A stretch of 63,521 nt of DNA, the filler included, from Octopus bimaculoides (taxonomy: Eukaryota), in the NCBI RefSeq assembly GCF_001194135.2. It is 5 parts of 5 records of this genome, joined end to end, with 100 filler letters (N's around TTAATTAATTAA, not from the genome) between each part and the next. Parts side by side here need not be neighbours in the genome. Positions count along the whole stretch, not along the records: positions 11,026 to 24,504 come from NC_068981.1; positions 24,605 to 51,039 come from NC_069008.1; 3 more parts are not named here. One strand, 5' to 3'. The notes below the pieces were generated by a model. That model did no database searches. It had not been told where the DNA came from and worked only from the letters and a program-made list of their open reading frames with translations. Position numbers and translations under genes: made by a program. Shown here one piece after another: positions 12,648-27,450 of the stretch (position 1 is its first letter; each line of letters starts with the position of its first letter).

Positions 12648-15600
12648 CAATGCTGTGTTTTTACGTGTTAGATAATGGTCACCGTTCTCCCCAGTTGAGA
12701 GCAATGCAGATTATTACCAAGCCTTACCGGAGCGTAGTCATATATCCCTCAGAATATATTATCAAGCAATGGTTTTTGAAGATTTAAGAATTTAGTCAGT
12801 TTACCTCGGGGTGGAAAAATGCTTTGTATTTGAACAGTTTATATTCAATAAAACTATTTTTCAACTTGGCTTCTTTCTCTGGTGCAGCAGTAAGCGCTTC
12901 AAAGAGAAAAAATGTTGCGCAGTGTATGTTGTCAAGAGAATAAGATTGATAAGCGTAGAAACATAAAATAATATCTATTAAATAGTATGACGAAATTTTA
13001 ACAAGCTGATGCATTTAGATACATAAATGCTGCCACATTGAAAATGATATAAAAAGTGATGGTAATTACAAATCTAAATATATTTGTGAAGGCATAGTTA
13101 GCAACGATAAAATATTTGACAATGGAGGCCGTAACAATAAATGCTTTCGTAGTGTTACTAGCCAGGATTTGTGGGAAATAAATATTCGATATCTCTCCAA
13201 AGCTAGAACAATTTGCGAAGTAAAAATGATGACATTATGGCTGTTTTATAAAATGAATAGTAAGGAGTAAATTGATGTATTTTTTCAGATTAAAAGCATG
13301 TAAAGGTTTGGTATATGGTCGCATACAAATTGTTAAATGAAGTCTTTTTCGATGTGTGAAAGAGTGATATGGCGCGATATCTTATGGTCTGTGTGTCTCA
13401 TCAATGGCTAGTGAGCTCGGGGTCATTTAGAAGGAGATGCTGATTCCTGGCTTACTCCATGATAACCCCAGCAATTTGAGTTGCTATATAAGTAGAAAGG
13501 ACTTTGGAGAAAAAGTAACTGATTACTTATCCATTTGGTGGTGGTATGCAGACTCAGTAACTAGTTCCCTACGAAAATTTGAGTCCTTTTGGGAAGTTCT
13601 GCAGTCATTTGCGCTGGGGATTCTAACAGCACTGGCGAAATTGTTTTTTGAGTCTCCAAATCCAGCTTTATTATTTTCATTTTGTCGCACCTTGAAAAGG
13701 CAACTTCTGAAAAATTCTAATGTTTTAATGCTTTTCTCTGTCGCAACAAAACAGCACAGCACTTTTGAACGGTGCGCTTTATCATTGTGTAGATTAGGCT
13801 GTGTATTATGCGTGTTTGTCCGCTGCTGTTGGTCATGTGTGTGTTTTCCTTTTTCTGGGGTGAGTGTTGATGATTGTGCTGCTATATTTGCGGACTTTTC
13901 TGTTTATTGTCGGTGTAGGTTTGGTGGTACACTTGTTATTGTATGTCTCGTTTAATGAGAGATTCATCCTTAGATTTAAATGATCTTCTGTGTCTCGTTT
14001 TCTCTCAAATTATGCCTTCTGCGTTTGGTGAATATGGAGCTATGTTACCTTACCTGTCAATGTGTGTTTTGTGGTTCAAATGACTGAGAGTGGGAGAAAA
14101 TAAGAAGTACTTAGGTTGGAAATATTCGTTGTTGTTTTTTTTGTTTTGTTTGTACTGTTAGTGTCTACTATTGTTGGTTCTGCTGCTATAGTTTTTGTCG
14201 CATCTGTAGATGTAGTTGTCTGTCTTATTGCTTTTATTTCTACTGCTGTTGGTGATAGCGTTGCTGTTCTTGTATTCTCTGTTGAAGCAGATTCTAATTT
14301 TATTAATGCTGTGTGCTACTACTGCTTTTTCTGCGAATGTGATGTTGCCAGTAGTGTGAAGAAACTGTTACTCGTTTTTAGAGAAGAAACCTCTGAACTG
14401 TTGTTCAGTGCCACAAAATGACATCTTTGTCTTCTGTAGTTAACTGCGATACATATTTCCACTCCGGTGGGCAGGTGGATATGCTTATGTTATGACATAA
14501 TTTAAAAAACCCTCCTAATTGACCTGCAGGAGGATCTCAAGCGTATAACCAAACCAAATCTGCCTCTCACGCTTCATTCGAGAAAGGGTTCGCATCTGTG
14601 CAAGAAAAGGGAGGTACATATCCACCAGATCTCCAACCTTGGTAAAATGCTATCTTCGTGAGTCTAACTGTCTTCCAAACGTTGTTTGGAAGACAGTGCG
14701 TTGTTACCTTTTGAGCACTAAAACGGAGTGTCTCAGCGCAAACGCTTTGAGTTTGAAATACTTCCTAGTTCTCGAAATGCCTTGTCGCATGTTCTGTATT
14801 TGACCAGATATCTTTAAGGGCCTCCGTCCAGTTGGGTGTGAGTTGCAGCGTCAAAGCGTCGGTTACTTTCTGTCACATAAGGTTATAACACCGTATTCCG
14901 GGCAATTGCCGATAAAACATTGGCCCGAGTTGCATGTTGGGCTCTCCAACCACTGTTTTCATGTTTGTGCAACCTGTATTATGCCTGCATCCTTGACGCT
15001 TAGGGAGAGCGATTAGTATTTTCTTGATCTATGTTGCCGCCCTAGCAGCAAATTGCTTTCTAGCAGAGTGGTTCTCAATCACTTTACTTTCGTTGTTATT
15101 AGTGTAGCAGCCGCTGTATTTCTTGCTGTTATTGTTGCTGTTGCTATTGCTGATTCCATTTTAGATATGCGAACTTTTGTTAGTGTTGTTCTTATTGTTT
15201 TGTTTATTGTTGTTCTCCTATATGATAGATGTTGTGTTGTTTGATTGGAGGTAAGTATAACTTCCGCTACTTAGTATCTTAGTGGAATCTTTTCCACTTT
15301 CACCACTTTATGTAGTGTATTAAGCATGCGCTGTGGCGTTGCTAAGTCCTTTGTACATTAATATTTTTCCTCATATGTCAGGTATAGTTTAGTGCTTGCA
15401 CTTACATTCACTGTATCCCTATTCACACAAGGAAGTAGGAGCTCGAATTTAAAGAAATGTCGAAAGAAAAAACGAGAAGAAAAGAAAAAACATCAAATTA
15501 TTTCCAATAAAATATTAGAATGCATTTTTACGATTCTAAGCGCTGCACGCCTAACGCACAACTACATCCTCAAAAACAACAACAAGAACAACAACAACAA

Positions 15601-17006
15601 GAACAAAATTAATAATGATAATGTAGATAAAACGTATTTTCTTGGTAACTATTTTTGTACTTCATCATGTAGTATTTCTATTTCATCTTTTTTTTAATGA
15701 GAAGTTTCTACAAATGCATTTTATTTTGTGGTGGTGTTAATGTAATCATGCACTGTTTACTACTGGAACACGATTGTCTAGGAATTTGAAGAGAAAATAT
15801 CATAATCATTATCATTCCTCAAGTATATAATGACTTACTGACTCTAATTAACAACATGACATGTCACGAAAATCTGAACAATGTTATTGTTAAACAAAGT
15901 TTTAAACAATGACGAAAATTAAAGAATGGTAGCCAAGAAGAGATGAACTAGTATAACCAAAGTTAATCCTGCTTGACAGAAACAATATAGAAATAATTTC
16001 ATATCGCTTCAGAAGTGGAAAATTATTAGTATAAAATTATATAAAACTAATTGTAATATAGTTGAATATTCAAATCAAAAGTAAATTATACGTAAACATA
16101 GTAGAGTAACAGTCGAGAAATTTGTATTGTGTCATAAGATAAAATAATGTACAAAATATAAAAAAGAAAGAGAATGTAAATCTAAATTAGAAGGTATTAT
16201 GGAATATAAATTTACTTTAGATAAATAAAATCTGACATTTCTGTGCTGTCAACCAGAATATTCGGATCAATGCCGAGCATAACTTCCTTAATTAACTACC
16301 TTACATAATATTTTGCCTCTGTTGTTTTTATAAATTGATAATGTATTTCCTTCTATCACGTTGTTTATAGTGTAGTAAAGCTCTTTCCTTTATTTGATAA
16401 CGTGCCGCCGAAGAAATTCATTTGGATTACATCTCAAAGAGGTGAGATTTTTAGACACATGATCAGATGTTTTATACATATATATATATATATATATATA
16501 TANNNNNNNNNNNNNNNNNNNNNNNNNNNNNNNNNNNNNNNNNNNNNNNNNNNNNNNNNNNNNNNNNNNNNNNNNNNNNNNNNNNNNNNNNNNNNNNNNN
16601 NNNNNNNNNNNNNNNNNNNNNNNNNNNNNNNNNNNNNNNNNNNNNNNNNNNNNNNNNNNNNNNNNNNNNNNNNNNNNNNNNNNNNNNNNNNNNNNNNNNN
16701 NNNNNNNNNNNNNNNNNNNNNNNNNNNNNNNNNNNNNNNNNNNNNNNNNNNNNNNNNNNNNNNNNNNNNNNNNNNNNNNNNNNNNNNNNNNNNNNNNNNN
16801 NNNNNNNNNNNNNNNNNNNNNNNNNNNNNNNNNNNNNNNNNNNNNNNNNNNNNNNNNNNNNNNNNNNNNNNNNNNNNNNNNNNNNNNNNNNNNNNNNNNN
16901 NNNNNNNNNNNNNNNNNNNNNNNNNNNNNNNNNNNNNNNNNNNNNNNNNNNNNNNNNNNNNNNNNNNNNNNNNNNNNNTATATATATATATATATATATA
17001 TATTTC

Positions 17007-17219
17007 TAAATTCTCAAACGCAGGATACTGCTAATAATATAGCCTGAACAGGATAAACTACCCCTATGTTGCAGAACAAAGTGTAGGCAGCCACACGCGT
17101 AATCACGGAGGTGTGATTTCGCTTTGCATGGCTGGCCACCTACACATTTCTCTGCAACATAGGGGTAGCTTATCCTGTTGAGGCTATATTATTAGCATTA
17201 TCCTGCGTTTGAGAATTTA
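17007..17219. mobile_element. Foldback MITE with ~80-bp inverted arms
   Basis: taaattctcaaacgcaggatactgctaataatatagcctgaacaggataaactacccctatgttgcag... matches the reverse complement of ...ctgcaacataggggtagcttatcctgttgaggctatattattagcattatcctgcgtttgagaattta with few mismatches. Confidence 0.85.
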
Positions 17220-17693
17220 AAATCATTCTTTAACTTTCTAAGACATCTCAACGCTTTTAAAAGCAAACGTCGTTTGTTTGTTTACGTTCATCGTAATTTG
17301 AATTAAATGTATCTTTATGTGCAGCCATTGTTTATGCACATGTTTGAATACCGATTAAAGCAATTTTACTCTCTAGAGTAACGATATAAATGCCAACGGA
17401 ATTTCCTCAGTAATTCCTTAGTGTTCGTCGTGTATTTAACAAATGAGAGAAACAAAGAATGGAACTCACGAGATACTTTATTAAACACAATGTATGTAGA
17501 AGCCAACGCGCTCTTGTCAATATTGTTGAGAATAACATACGAACCAGTGACTGATTTCACAAAATGGCAATGTAAAAAATATAAAATAATTTATGTGTCT
17601 AGCAGGAATTGAAGACCAACAAGGAAATAATTCACCATCACTGAGATTAACAAGTGTGCGATGAGTACCGCCTTTGCTGGGTATAAGAGTCGT

Positions 17694-17732
<39 letters not shown>

Positions 17733-17949
17733 NNNNNNNNNNNNNNNNNNNNNNNNNNNNNNNNNNNNNNNNNNNNNNNNNNNNNNNNNNNNNNNNNNNN
17801 NNNNNNNNNNNNNNNNNNNNNNNNNNNNNNNNNNNNNNNNNNNNNNNNNNNNNNNNNNNNNNNNNNNNNNNNNNNNNNNNNNNNNNNNNNNNNNNNNNNN
17901 NNNNNNNNNNNNNNNNNNNNNNNNNNNNNNNNNNNNNNNNATATATATA

Positions 17950-19035
17950 AAGTCCACTCAAGCCAAGAAAAACTCACCAGTGGCGTCCCTGAGGGACTGT
18001 CTTGGGTCCGCTTCTCATTATAATCTATATAAACATGTAAAACATAGCAAACTGAAAATATTTGCTGATGGCACTAATCTCCACAAAATCATCAATGAAG
18101 AAGACCGAACTCAACTCTAGTCTGATCTATATGCGGTGAGTCAGGGGACAGACAAATGGAAAAATGCAACTAAACGAGGGAACATTTGAGTTGATGCATT
18201 TTGGAAAAAAAGATTATACTAAAACAGCCATACTCTCTTCCTTCAAAGGAACCGCTCACAGCGTCTAATGATATCAGGGACCTAGGAGTAATTGTTGATT
18301 ACAGTGTCAGTTGGAGTGTCCACATCAACAATAAGGTCGATAAAGCTCGTAGGATGAGCTCCTTAATCTTAAGAACCTTCCGGTTCAGAGAACTAGGTGT
18401 CATTATTCCACTTTTTCCTCCTTTGTACGGCCACACCTAGAATACTGCTGCCCCTTGTTGTCTCCCCATACAAAACAAAACATCTCGAGGATTGAATCAC
18501 CTCAGAGGGCATTCACTAAACGAATTAAGGGTATGACTGATCTCGATTACTGGGACCGCCTTAAAACTTTGATACTCTACTCTCTCCAGCACCGCCTCGA
18601 GCGGTACGTCATTTACACGATGTGGAAAATATACCGCCAGCATTGCCCAAACGGCCTGAACATTAGCATCAAGATTCATCCAAGGCTAGGATCACGGGCC
18701 ATACGTCCCCTGTCCAATTCAAGATCACAACATATGGGTACAATGCGGCGCAATTTCTTTTCCCCAACAGGTCCTGCCCTATTAACATTGTACCAAACCT
18801 GATGAAAGAGGAAAAGGATCCTATCACTTTTTAAACGGTATCTGGACAAATTTCGTCAAGGAATATGCGATAAGCCATCTATAACTGGATACAACTCACT
18901 CAACAAGAACGCCCTACTTGTATAGACCATGATACCACAAATTTTGGCTTAAAAAATATTTAGATAATCCTATCAGGTGGTGCTATTAAGTTAAACATGG
19001 CTTGGACCAATATTTGGTCGAAACATATCTAAATT
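17950..19035 (+). mobile_element. 5'-truncated CR1/L2-type LINE (RT core to 3' tail)
   Basis: TSGVPEG, KLKIFADGT (FADDT), IRDLGVIVD, HINNKVDKARR, IESPQRAFTKRI, YWDRLKTL.LYSLQHRLERY. Frameshifted. Confidence 0.9.
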
Positions 19036-22000
19036 TATTTATATGTGTATATGTGTGTGTATATATACTTATATTATTTATATATCTACTTATATGCATA
19101 TGTGTATGTGTATATATATATATATATAGACACACTCGCACATATATATATGTATATGTGTACCTAATCTTTGAAGGCGAACGAACCTTTCTCAAGATGT
19201 GCATGCTACTCATTGATATCCTAATATCTATACGACAAAATTTCTCTAGATGTGCCAGCAAATCTGAGGCGTGAATTAAATACCTCTTTGCTATAGGATA
19301 TTTGAATATGTTATGAAATACGTCATGCAACAGATAAAACTAATTGCCTGATACAGAAATATAGATTAACATTAATAATGTATTCTCTTTTACTTTAATA
19401 TGCATTTGGGTGACTGCTAACATGCTCAACGTTGTGAACAAATATGTTTCAATTAATCGAAATTCCCTTTGCATTGATAAAACAGAGGCTTGATGACTAA
19501 CGCTGATCAGGCCCGATTAATGAAAGGGGATAATAATTCAGTAATTTTAATTAATTTAAATTTAAATTACGCTTATGTTGAACACATGGAAATGTTAGCT
19601 TAAGGAATATTATTAACGTAATCATCTGATCTTTGGCAAATAAGGTGACATTTTCGGATATGATTGTGTATTAATTGACCTCATCGTCAAGGCAGGGGCA
19701 GCACCAGAGCTTGCTAGATGTATTACTAGATTATCGCTACAGTGATGAGTCAGATGTGGATAATATATGGGAAAGAATGCACTATAGATATCAGCATATA
19801 CAAGAAACTAGGAACTTACTAGCCAAATAGAGTTATCAAACAAATTGTGTAATTTGTAAAATGATATATTAATACTTGTATTGATATATATTCGAATAAT
19901 AACTGCAACATTCTACCGAGGAGGCCCAAACTCTTGCATGCTTATATTAAAAAATCCAACAACATAACAAAAGATACACAGCAATAAATATAACAATAAA
20001 TTACACGAACAATGTGCAACAGACAAAATTCCGCAGACCTAGGGGACTGTGCCCGAATTTACGAAGCAATTGTCAACATGGAGAGAAAAAATTACTTCAA
20101 GCGTAAAACATAGTCTGGGGAAAGCCATGAGAAATAAACCTCATTTTAGACCGATAACCCTGGAGAAAATTATATTAACTGTGAAATATAATACAGTCAA
20201 GGTACGGTTTAACTGTTAATCTATGGCGAAATGGGTGTAATGCCGAACTTCAGATTCTATGCAGTTTAAATAAGAGCCTTATTCAAAACTTCAACAATTG
20301 CTTCACAACGTGATAATTTTGAGTTTGATTACACTGAATAAGATCTTATGAAAGCGTTTACTATATTAGCAACGTACATGTCCAGACTTTAAGACTAGAA
20401 TCTGGAAGAATGTAGTTTGTGTATCAGCCATTCGGAGGAATCAGTTCTGTTGAAGGCGTTTCTTTATTCTAAGGCATATTGAATGAAAAAAAAAATGTAA
20501 AAGTTAATACTTAATTTACCGTAAGTATTGAAAAACTCCTCTCAATATGATCATGTTGAAAATGCGACAGGTATCTCATTCCAAAATAAAATGATATTCA
20601 CGAGAACCAGGAAGTGATCGACAATTTAGGGCATTACCAATATTCTTGTATTTTATTTCCTGAAAAAATATTCTTGGTGCTCTAACTAAATTGAAATAAA
20701 CTGTTCACGTTCTCTAAAATTCTTGTGATAAAACTGAGTTAGCTATAATTTTGTCTTATATATTTAGGTTAAAATACAGCATATTTATCTCCGTGATGCA
20801 ACGAATAAATTAAACACATTTTATGCGTTCGTCGTTAAGGCATGTACGATTACATTTACAACTGTATTCACTTTTGCTGCATTAAGTTAAGAAATATGAG
20901 AATCTAAATTTCATCAGAAATGAATATATTTATATCATCATTTTGAGCATATAGATTCATCATTATTTTAAACACGACATAGCTCTTCAAATTTGAAATT
21001 CTCCGCCTAACTCTCTGCATGAGATATGGAAAATCATGGAAAAAATTTTACTATATCGTATGTCAATGAAACTCTTCAACCATTTCCTGACTGTAAATTA
21101 AAAAGTGGTTACCTTGAACTAATTTCTCGAAAATTCTATACTCTCTCTTTGACCTCGAAGAACGTGCAAACGTAATGTATTAATTAAATAAATAAATTTA
21201 TTTGACTCCGTATTGGCTACTTTTTTCCGTGAAAATATATTCAATATAACTACTTATGATTCATTTCTATGATTACCGAATGTATATTATAGGTAGATAT
21301 ATGGTTGATTCAATGTGGTATCCAATTAAATTTATATAAATGCGAAATTATATGTCCCGTATTCTATGAACACTTTTTTTTACCTCCTTTAAAATATACA
21401 AATTTTATGTGAATGTATTATACTAATGCAAATTTAGCCGATCATAATTAAATCTTTAATGTGTAATATAACCGCTATATACGAACGTACATACACAAGC
21501 AAGCATTAACGCACACACACATATAAAAAGAAACACTGAGAGAGAAAGAGAGAGAGAAAGAGAGCCTATATGTTTGCGTATGTATGCGCATGTACACATA
21601 TGCTTATGTCGCTTCCTTCTCAAAATTGAACTGAAAAATTAATGAAGCTGATGATTGTCATATTTTGCAGGAAACTATCAAATATATTGGTATATTTAGT
21701 GAAAGACAAATTGCTCTAATTTCCCAAATGATCTTGTCATTTGTAATCCTAGTAATATTAGGAAAGGAATATTTATTATAAGGGCAACTGCTACGTTGAC
21801 CTTTACGTATTCCGATCGACTAATGATATTTGCTTTATGGCAGTTGGAGAACTTAATTAAATTTCTATTCGCTTTTATAGAATCCAGATCTCTTTAATTT
21901 ATATAGAGGATCATCGCTCTTTGTAACTGCCTAAACAAATTAATTATCTTCTTAATTATGCATTTATGTGAGCTATATAACAGCATAATGCTATTTACCT

Positions 22001-22659
22001 ACTACTCCACCCACAATATTATGCTCTCTTTGTCGACACTCTCTTACATACCACCCGCTGTCATTTTGTTCATATATATTAAATACGTTGTCATACAATA
22101 TTTTATTAGTTTTTAAATCACATTTTTTAATATTTTTATTCATTTTTCAACATTGCTCTACTCTGCTCATCTGATTACAACTTGGCATAATGATATGCAT
22201 GTATGTATGCATGTATGTATGCACGTATGTATGCATGTATGTATGCATGTATGTAAGCATGTATGTATATGTGTATGTATATATGTATATGCGCGCACGC
22301 GCGAGTGTATCTATGTATGTACGTATGTATAAATTCTGATCGGATCTTGAGATGTACCTCCTTACGACAACATAAACTTCATTTAATCAAGATAGACTTA
22401 GCCTGAAGTGTAGGCTGCAGTATAGATCGCGCTTGGACATTTACCACTTCCGAGGTTCCGCTAGCTCTGAAACTATATAACCTGGATATTATCTACTCCA
22501 TTCCTTAATGCTTGTATGTTATTCGTATACCTAGCATCCCTTTCTGCCTACCGTGACATATCAAATAGTTTTGTTCAGTTTATCGTACTCCGATACGGAA
22601 ACAAATCCGCTTCAATATATCACTGTTATCCTTGAAAGTTGTTTATTTTATATTTTCTA

Positions 22660-24468
22660 AGGATTACTCGAAGCTCCCCTTCTTCCAACACCGTCATTGC
22701 TGAATCTTACATTTATATACCTATATGTTTTCAAGGAAGATAAGCTACAGAAGAGGTACACGGTAGAATTGAGGAACAGGTCCAATGCTCTGTGTGGAGT
22801 GGCAGAGGAAAGTAGACTGGAGGGACTGAGGAGAGTGTTTCGAGTAAGGTACGGGTACTTCACCAAAGCAGTGACAGAAGCAACTGAGACCCTGGTTCCG
22901 AGGACAGAGATGAAGAGAAGGAACGTCAGCTGTGCAGACACAAGATGTCGGCATCTAGAGAACCTCGTAGAGCTGGCAAGGACAAATTCTTTGCAGGACC
23001 TATTGAAGAGAGGAAGAAGAATGTGGGGCTGATGAAGGAAGAACTCTCTACCGCTTGCACTGTGGCCAGATGGACGGCACTGGTGGAGAAACTTGGAGAG
23101 TGCAGTTCACGGGTCTAGGTGTAAAGAAAGCTTGATGATCATCAACGAGATTACAGAGAGGAAAAGAGGTATTTTGAGGGAATATGTCCCGAGAATAGGA
23201 AAGGTAAATAGCCGAAATATTTTAAGACCCTACTAGAAAAGCTGCCTTCCACAACACAGAACACTGCTGGAGATCAAGCAGCTATTTGAAGAAGTGGATA
23301 TTGAGTCAGGACCCTTCAGAGAGCTTCAGAGAACCAAGAAGATCAAAGAGAGCACGGTGTATGGAGAAGATGGTGTAGCGCCAGAAGTGAGGAAGGGGTG
23401 TGATTTTAATATCCTCCTGCAGTTCTGTTACCAAGCACTCGTAAAAGGAGTTGCCCCGAATCAGTAGAGGATCAGTAACATCCTCCCAGTGCCAAATGAG
23501 GGAGATCTCTCTAACATCATCAGCTACAGTAGGATCTCACTGATATCACTCGTGGCAAAGACCCTCAGCGGGATGATTCTTAACAAAATCCAGCCCGAGT
23601 TGGAGAAGCTCAGGGTCAACCAGAAAAGGATTCAGAGCTGGAAGATCAACCGCCAGTCACGTCTTAATGCTGAGGTGGATATTAGAGGGAGCTAGAGCAA
23701 AGAGTCTTTCTGATGTCATGGTTTTCATTGATTCATAGTGCTGGTGACAAATACAGTGAATTAGGCAGTGGATTTGATACAGGAGGTGGAGATATTGTCG
23801 ATGAGTGTGGGGCGGAAAATGAATGAAATTAAGACAAAGAATCTGGAAGAGAATATTAAGAAGCCAGATAATATTATGAATATATGCACGAAGCAACTAG
23901 ACTTGATTAAGGACTTCTTGTTCCTGTGAGCAAAGATTAAAAACACAGATGCTGATATAGTTTAGAAGAAGAGTAAAGCCTGGGCGGCATACCACAGTCT
24001 AAGAATCGTATGGGAGTCGGACCTTTGTAAAGACCTGAAGATCCGTCTCTTCGTTGCTGCAGTGGAGTCTGTACTGATGTGCGGGTCTTGAGCATCGACC
24101 AAGAAACTCACTCAGATTTTTGCTGGATGCTACGCGGGAATACTGAGGATATCTCTGACAATTAATCAGTATACACCGAGGATGAAGAGCTCAGAACTGT
24201 ACAAAAGCCTCCAAATAGTTAGTTCAAAATAACACAGAGAATACTGAGCTTAGCTGTTCCACGACATGCAGAGTTGTTATTGTACCTAGTGCTCCTGTGG
24301 GAGCCCCTACACGGACATACTAGACGAAGGAGGCTGAGGATGATATATATTGATGCCGCCCTAAGGTGGTACACTGGTGTGTGGGAGATACAGGAAGTGG
24401 CAGCGATGCTGAGGGTCACATAATACTGGAGGGAACTCTTCAATCGATGTCGGGAATTTTATCCGCCC
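22660..24468 (+). mobile_element. Decayed RTE-clade LINE with an internal deletion
   Basis: KRYTVELRNR.NAL, EDGVAPEV, YSRISLISLVAKTLSGMILNKIQP, NQKGFRAGRST, KAWAAYHSL..VWES, KIRLFVAAVESVL. Confidence 0.82.
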
Positions 24469-24500
<32 letters not shown>

Positions 24501-25778
24501 TATANNNNNNNNNNNNNNNNNNNNNNNNNNNNNNNNNNNNNNNNNNNNTTAATTAATTAANNNNNNNNNNNNNNNNNNNNNNNNNNNNNNNNNNNNNNNN
24601 NNNNCTCCTTTAGAGAGACTTAGAAATATTAATAACTCTATAAATATATATACATATATATATATAAATATATATACATATATATATAAATATATATACA
24701 TATATATATATAAATATATATACATATATATATATATAAATATATATGTATATATTTGTTTATAGTTTCACCAGTATGTTGCTGTTATACGAAACTGCGG
24801 CAGTATGTGCGTCGCTGCTGCCATAAGTACGTACTTGCGGCTGAAACAACAAACCTGAACACGTAAGTACGAAACAATGGCGACAAAAATATGATCCACA
24901 ATGTAAATCTGTACCCGCCGATGCAACAGTGTGCCTAGTGCCGCAAAAACGTGCCCAAAGCCACAACTACGTATTCCAAGCCATAAATACCACCTTCCTC
25001 TGACTAATATTATATATTAGAAAATTCTTAGAAATAAAGAATTCTACAGTTTTTCCTTAATAATGGTGGATATAAAAAAAAAAAATCTAATTAAAAACAA
25101 CACAAACAAAAGTGAAGTTTGTATATATAATTTATTTTAGCTGTTAGGTAATGTGTGCATGTGTTTTTATATATGTGTGTGTCTGCATATAAGTTTGTAT
25201 ATGCATAGATGTATATAAGTATGTATATGCATCGATATGTATAAACGTAGATATATATATATACATATGTGTGTGCATATCTGTGTACGTGCGTATGTAT
25301 GTGTGTGTATTTGTATGTTAGTTTGTTTCTTTTTATTGAAACTGAAGGTAGGAGTTTGCCACATGGTTCAAGTTTCATGCTGTTGCCATCTACAGGCAAG
25401 AACTTTCAGTTTCAACCTCAAAAACAAAGAAAACAAAACAAAAAAAATTTTTAAACATGTATTGAATACTCCTCTCTCATCTGTCTGACATAAGCCACCA
25501 TACACACACATATATGTAAGTATATGTGTGTATGCATATATATATATGTGTGTGTGAGTGTGTGTATGTTTACACACACATGTATGTATGTTTATGTGTA
25601 TATATATGTATGTATAGATATGCATATGTATATGTATGTCCACATATATTTGTGTGTATGTATACACACATGTATGTGTATATATATATATATATATATA
25701 TACATACACATACATACACACATAGCAATATTTAGTATATAGATACCCAACAGGACTCTGCACCATCATATAACTTCC

Positions 25779-25816
<38 letters not shown>

Positions 25817-26446
25817 ATATATATATATGTGTGTGTGTGTGTATATCATAAATCTCCCCATACCCCCTACCCAAACATGTTCCATACCCCTTAAACATCA
25901 TTGACTTTGATGTATGTCTTGTAACCCCCTTCTTTTTGTAAGAAATATTCTTTAAACCTTTAAACTTTTTAAATTTTCTGTGGAATTTTATCAAATATAT
26001 TTGGTGTTTCCTAAACCATCATCAAAATCATTCTGTTGTTTGGTGCTCCGTAAANNNNNNNNNNNNNNNNNNNNNNNNNNNNNNNNNNNNNNNNNNNNNN
26101 NNNNNNNNNNNNNNNNNNNNNNNNNNNNNNNNNNNNNNNNNNNNNNNNNNNNNNNNNNNNNNNNNNNNNNNNNNNNNNNNNNNNNNNNNNNNNNNNNNNN
26201 NNNNNNNNNNNNNNNNNACATACATACATCCATACACAATATATAGATAGATAGATATAGATGTGTGTGTGTTTGTGTCTGTATATAAGTTTGTAAATAT
26301 GCGTATAAATGAAGTTTTTGATATTCAGCACTCACCAATTACAATCAACATTTTATATATTTTTTTTTCTTTCTTAAAATATATTTTTGTTATATATATA
26401 TTGTTGGATTTTTCTCCCTGTCATCATATAACCACATCAAAGTAGT

Positions 26447-26529
<83 letters not shown>

Positions 26530-27139
26530 CCTTTCTACTACAGGCACAAGGCCTGAAATTTTGTTGGAGGGTACAAATCTATAACAGATCCCAGTGCATA
26601 ACTGGTACTTATTTGAATTTGAACTCAGAACGTAGCGATGGATGAGATGTTGCTAAGTATTTTGACCCGTTGCTAACGATTCTGCCTGCTTGCTGCCTTA
26701 TAATAATGATAATAATAATAATAATAATGTAGTAAATTTCTAACCCTGTATGAGCTCTGATTGAGCAGGCCTATGACCAAATTCATTCCAGCCATGCCCA
26801 TCCCATCTTTTCAGATATAGTTCATCTCAGAGTACAATATGCATTATATCCTTCTTTTGACATTAAAGTCATTGTGTGCTTTGAGTGAAATTTGGCTGCT
26901 ATTTCTAGGCAGATCACAGCAGCGACCACATAGAGACTTACAGTAGGGCGCAGGTACTAGCGATTCCTTTCACAACACATTTATTACTGGTACTTATGCC
27001 TGGTGCTTGGCCCAGGAGGGGAGATGAAGCAGGGTTTTCTCCCAGTAATATTTGAACTGGGAATTATAAAGGAAAAAAATTTGGTGAAAAAGATTAATAG
27101 AAGCCATGGTGATGGACCATAGTTACCTTGGTAACAACC

Positions 27140-27247
27140 GTGGTAATGGTGGTAGTGGTGGTGTATGGTGGTAGTGCTGGTGTATGGTGGTAGTAGTAGT
27201 GATGGAAGTGGGTTTTTTTGTAGTAGTAGCAGTAGTAGTACAAATAT

Positions 27248-27280
<33 letters not shown>

Positions 27281-27450
27281 TAGTAGTAGTAGGGAAAATA
27301 GCAGGAGGAGGAGGAAGAGGGGGAGTGAGGATGGAGTAGTAGTGGTAATGGTGGTAGTAGTAGTAGCAGCAGTAGCAGCAGTAGATGACGGTGGCGGTTG
27401 AAGTAGTGGTGGTGGTTGAAGTAGTAGTAGCAGCAGTAGTAGCAGACTTA
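27140..27450. repeat. Trinucleotide low-complexity tract (GTA/GCA/GGT)
   Basis: Visible triplet runs that generate spurious poly-Ser/Leu/Val ORFs. Confidence 0.85.

Noticed and set aside
19300-22200. 3-kb stretch lacking ORFs and obvious repeats
   Set aside because: AT-rich intergenic sequence; no splice-bounded coding segment, RNA gene or strong structure recognised
25091-25994. YI/CV/HT-rich ORFs (also 29665-30297, 54719-55128 and others)
   Set aside because: Translations of (AT)n, (GT)n and (AC)n microsatellites
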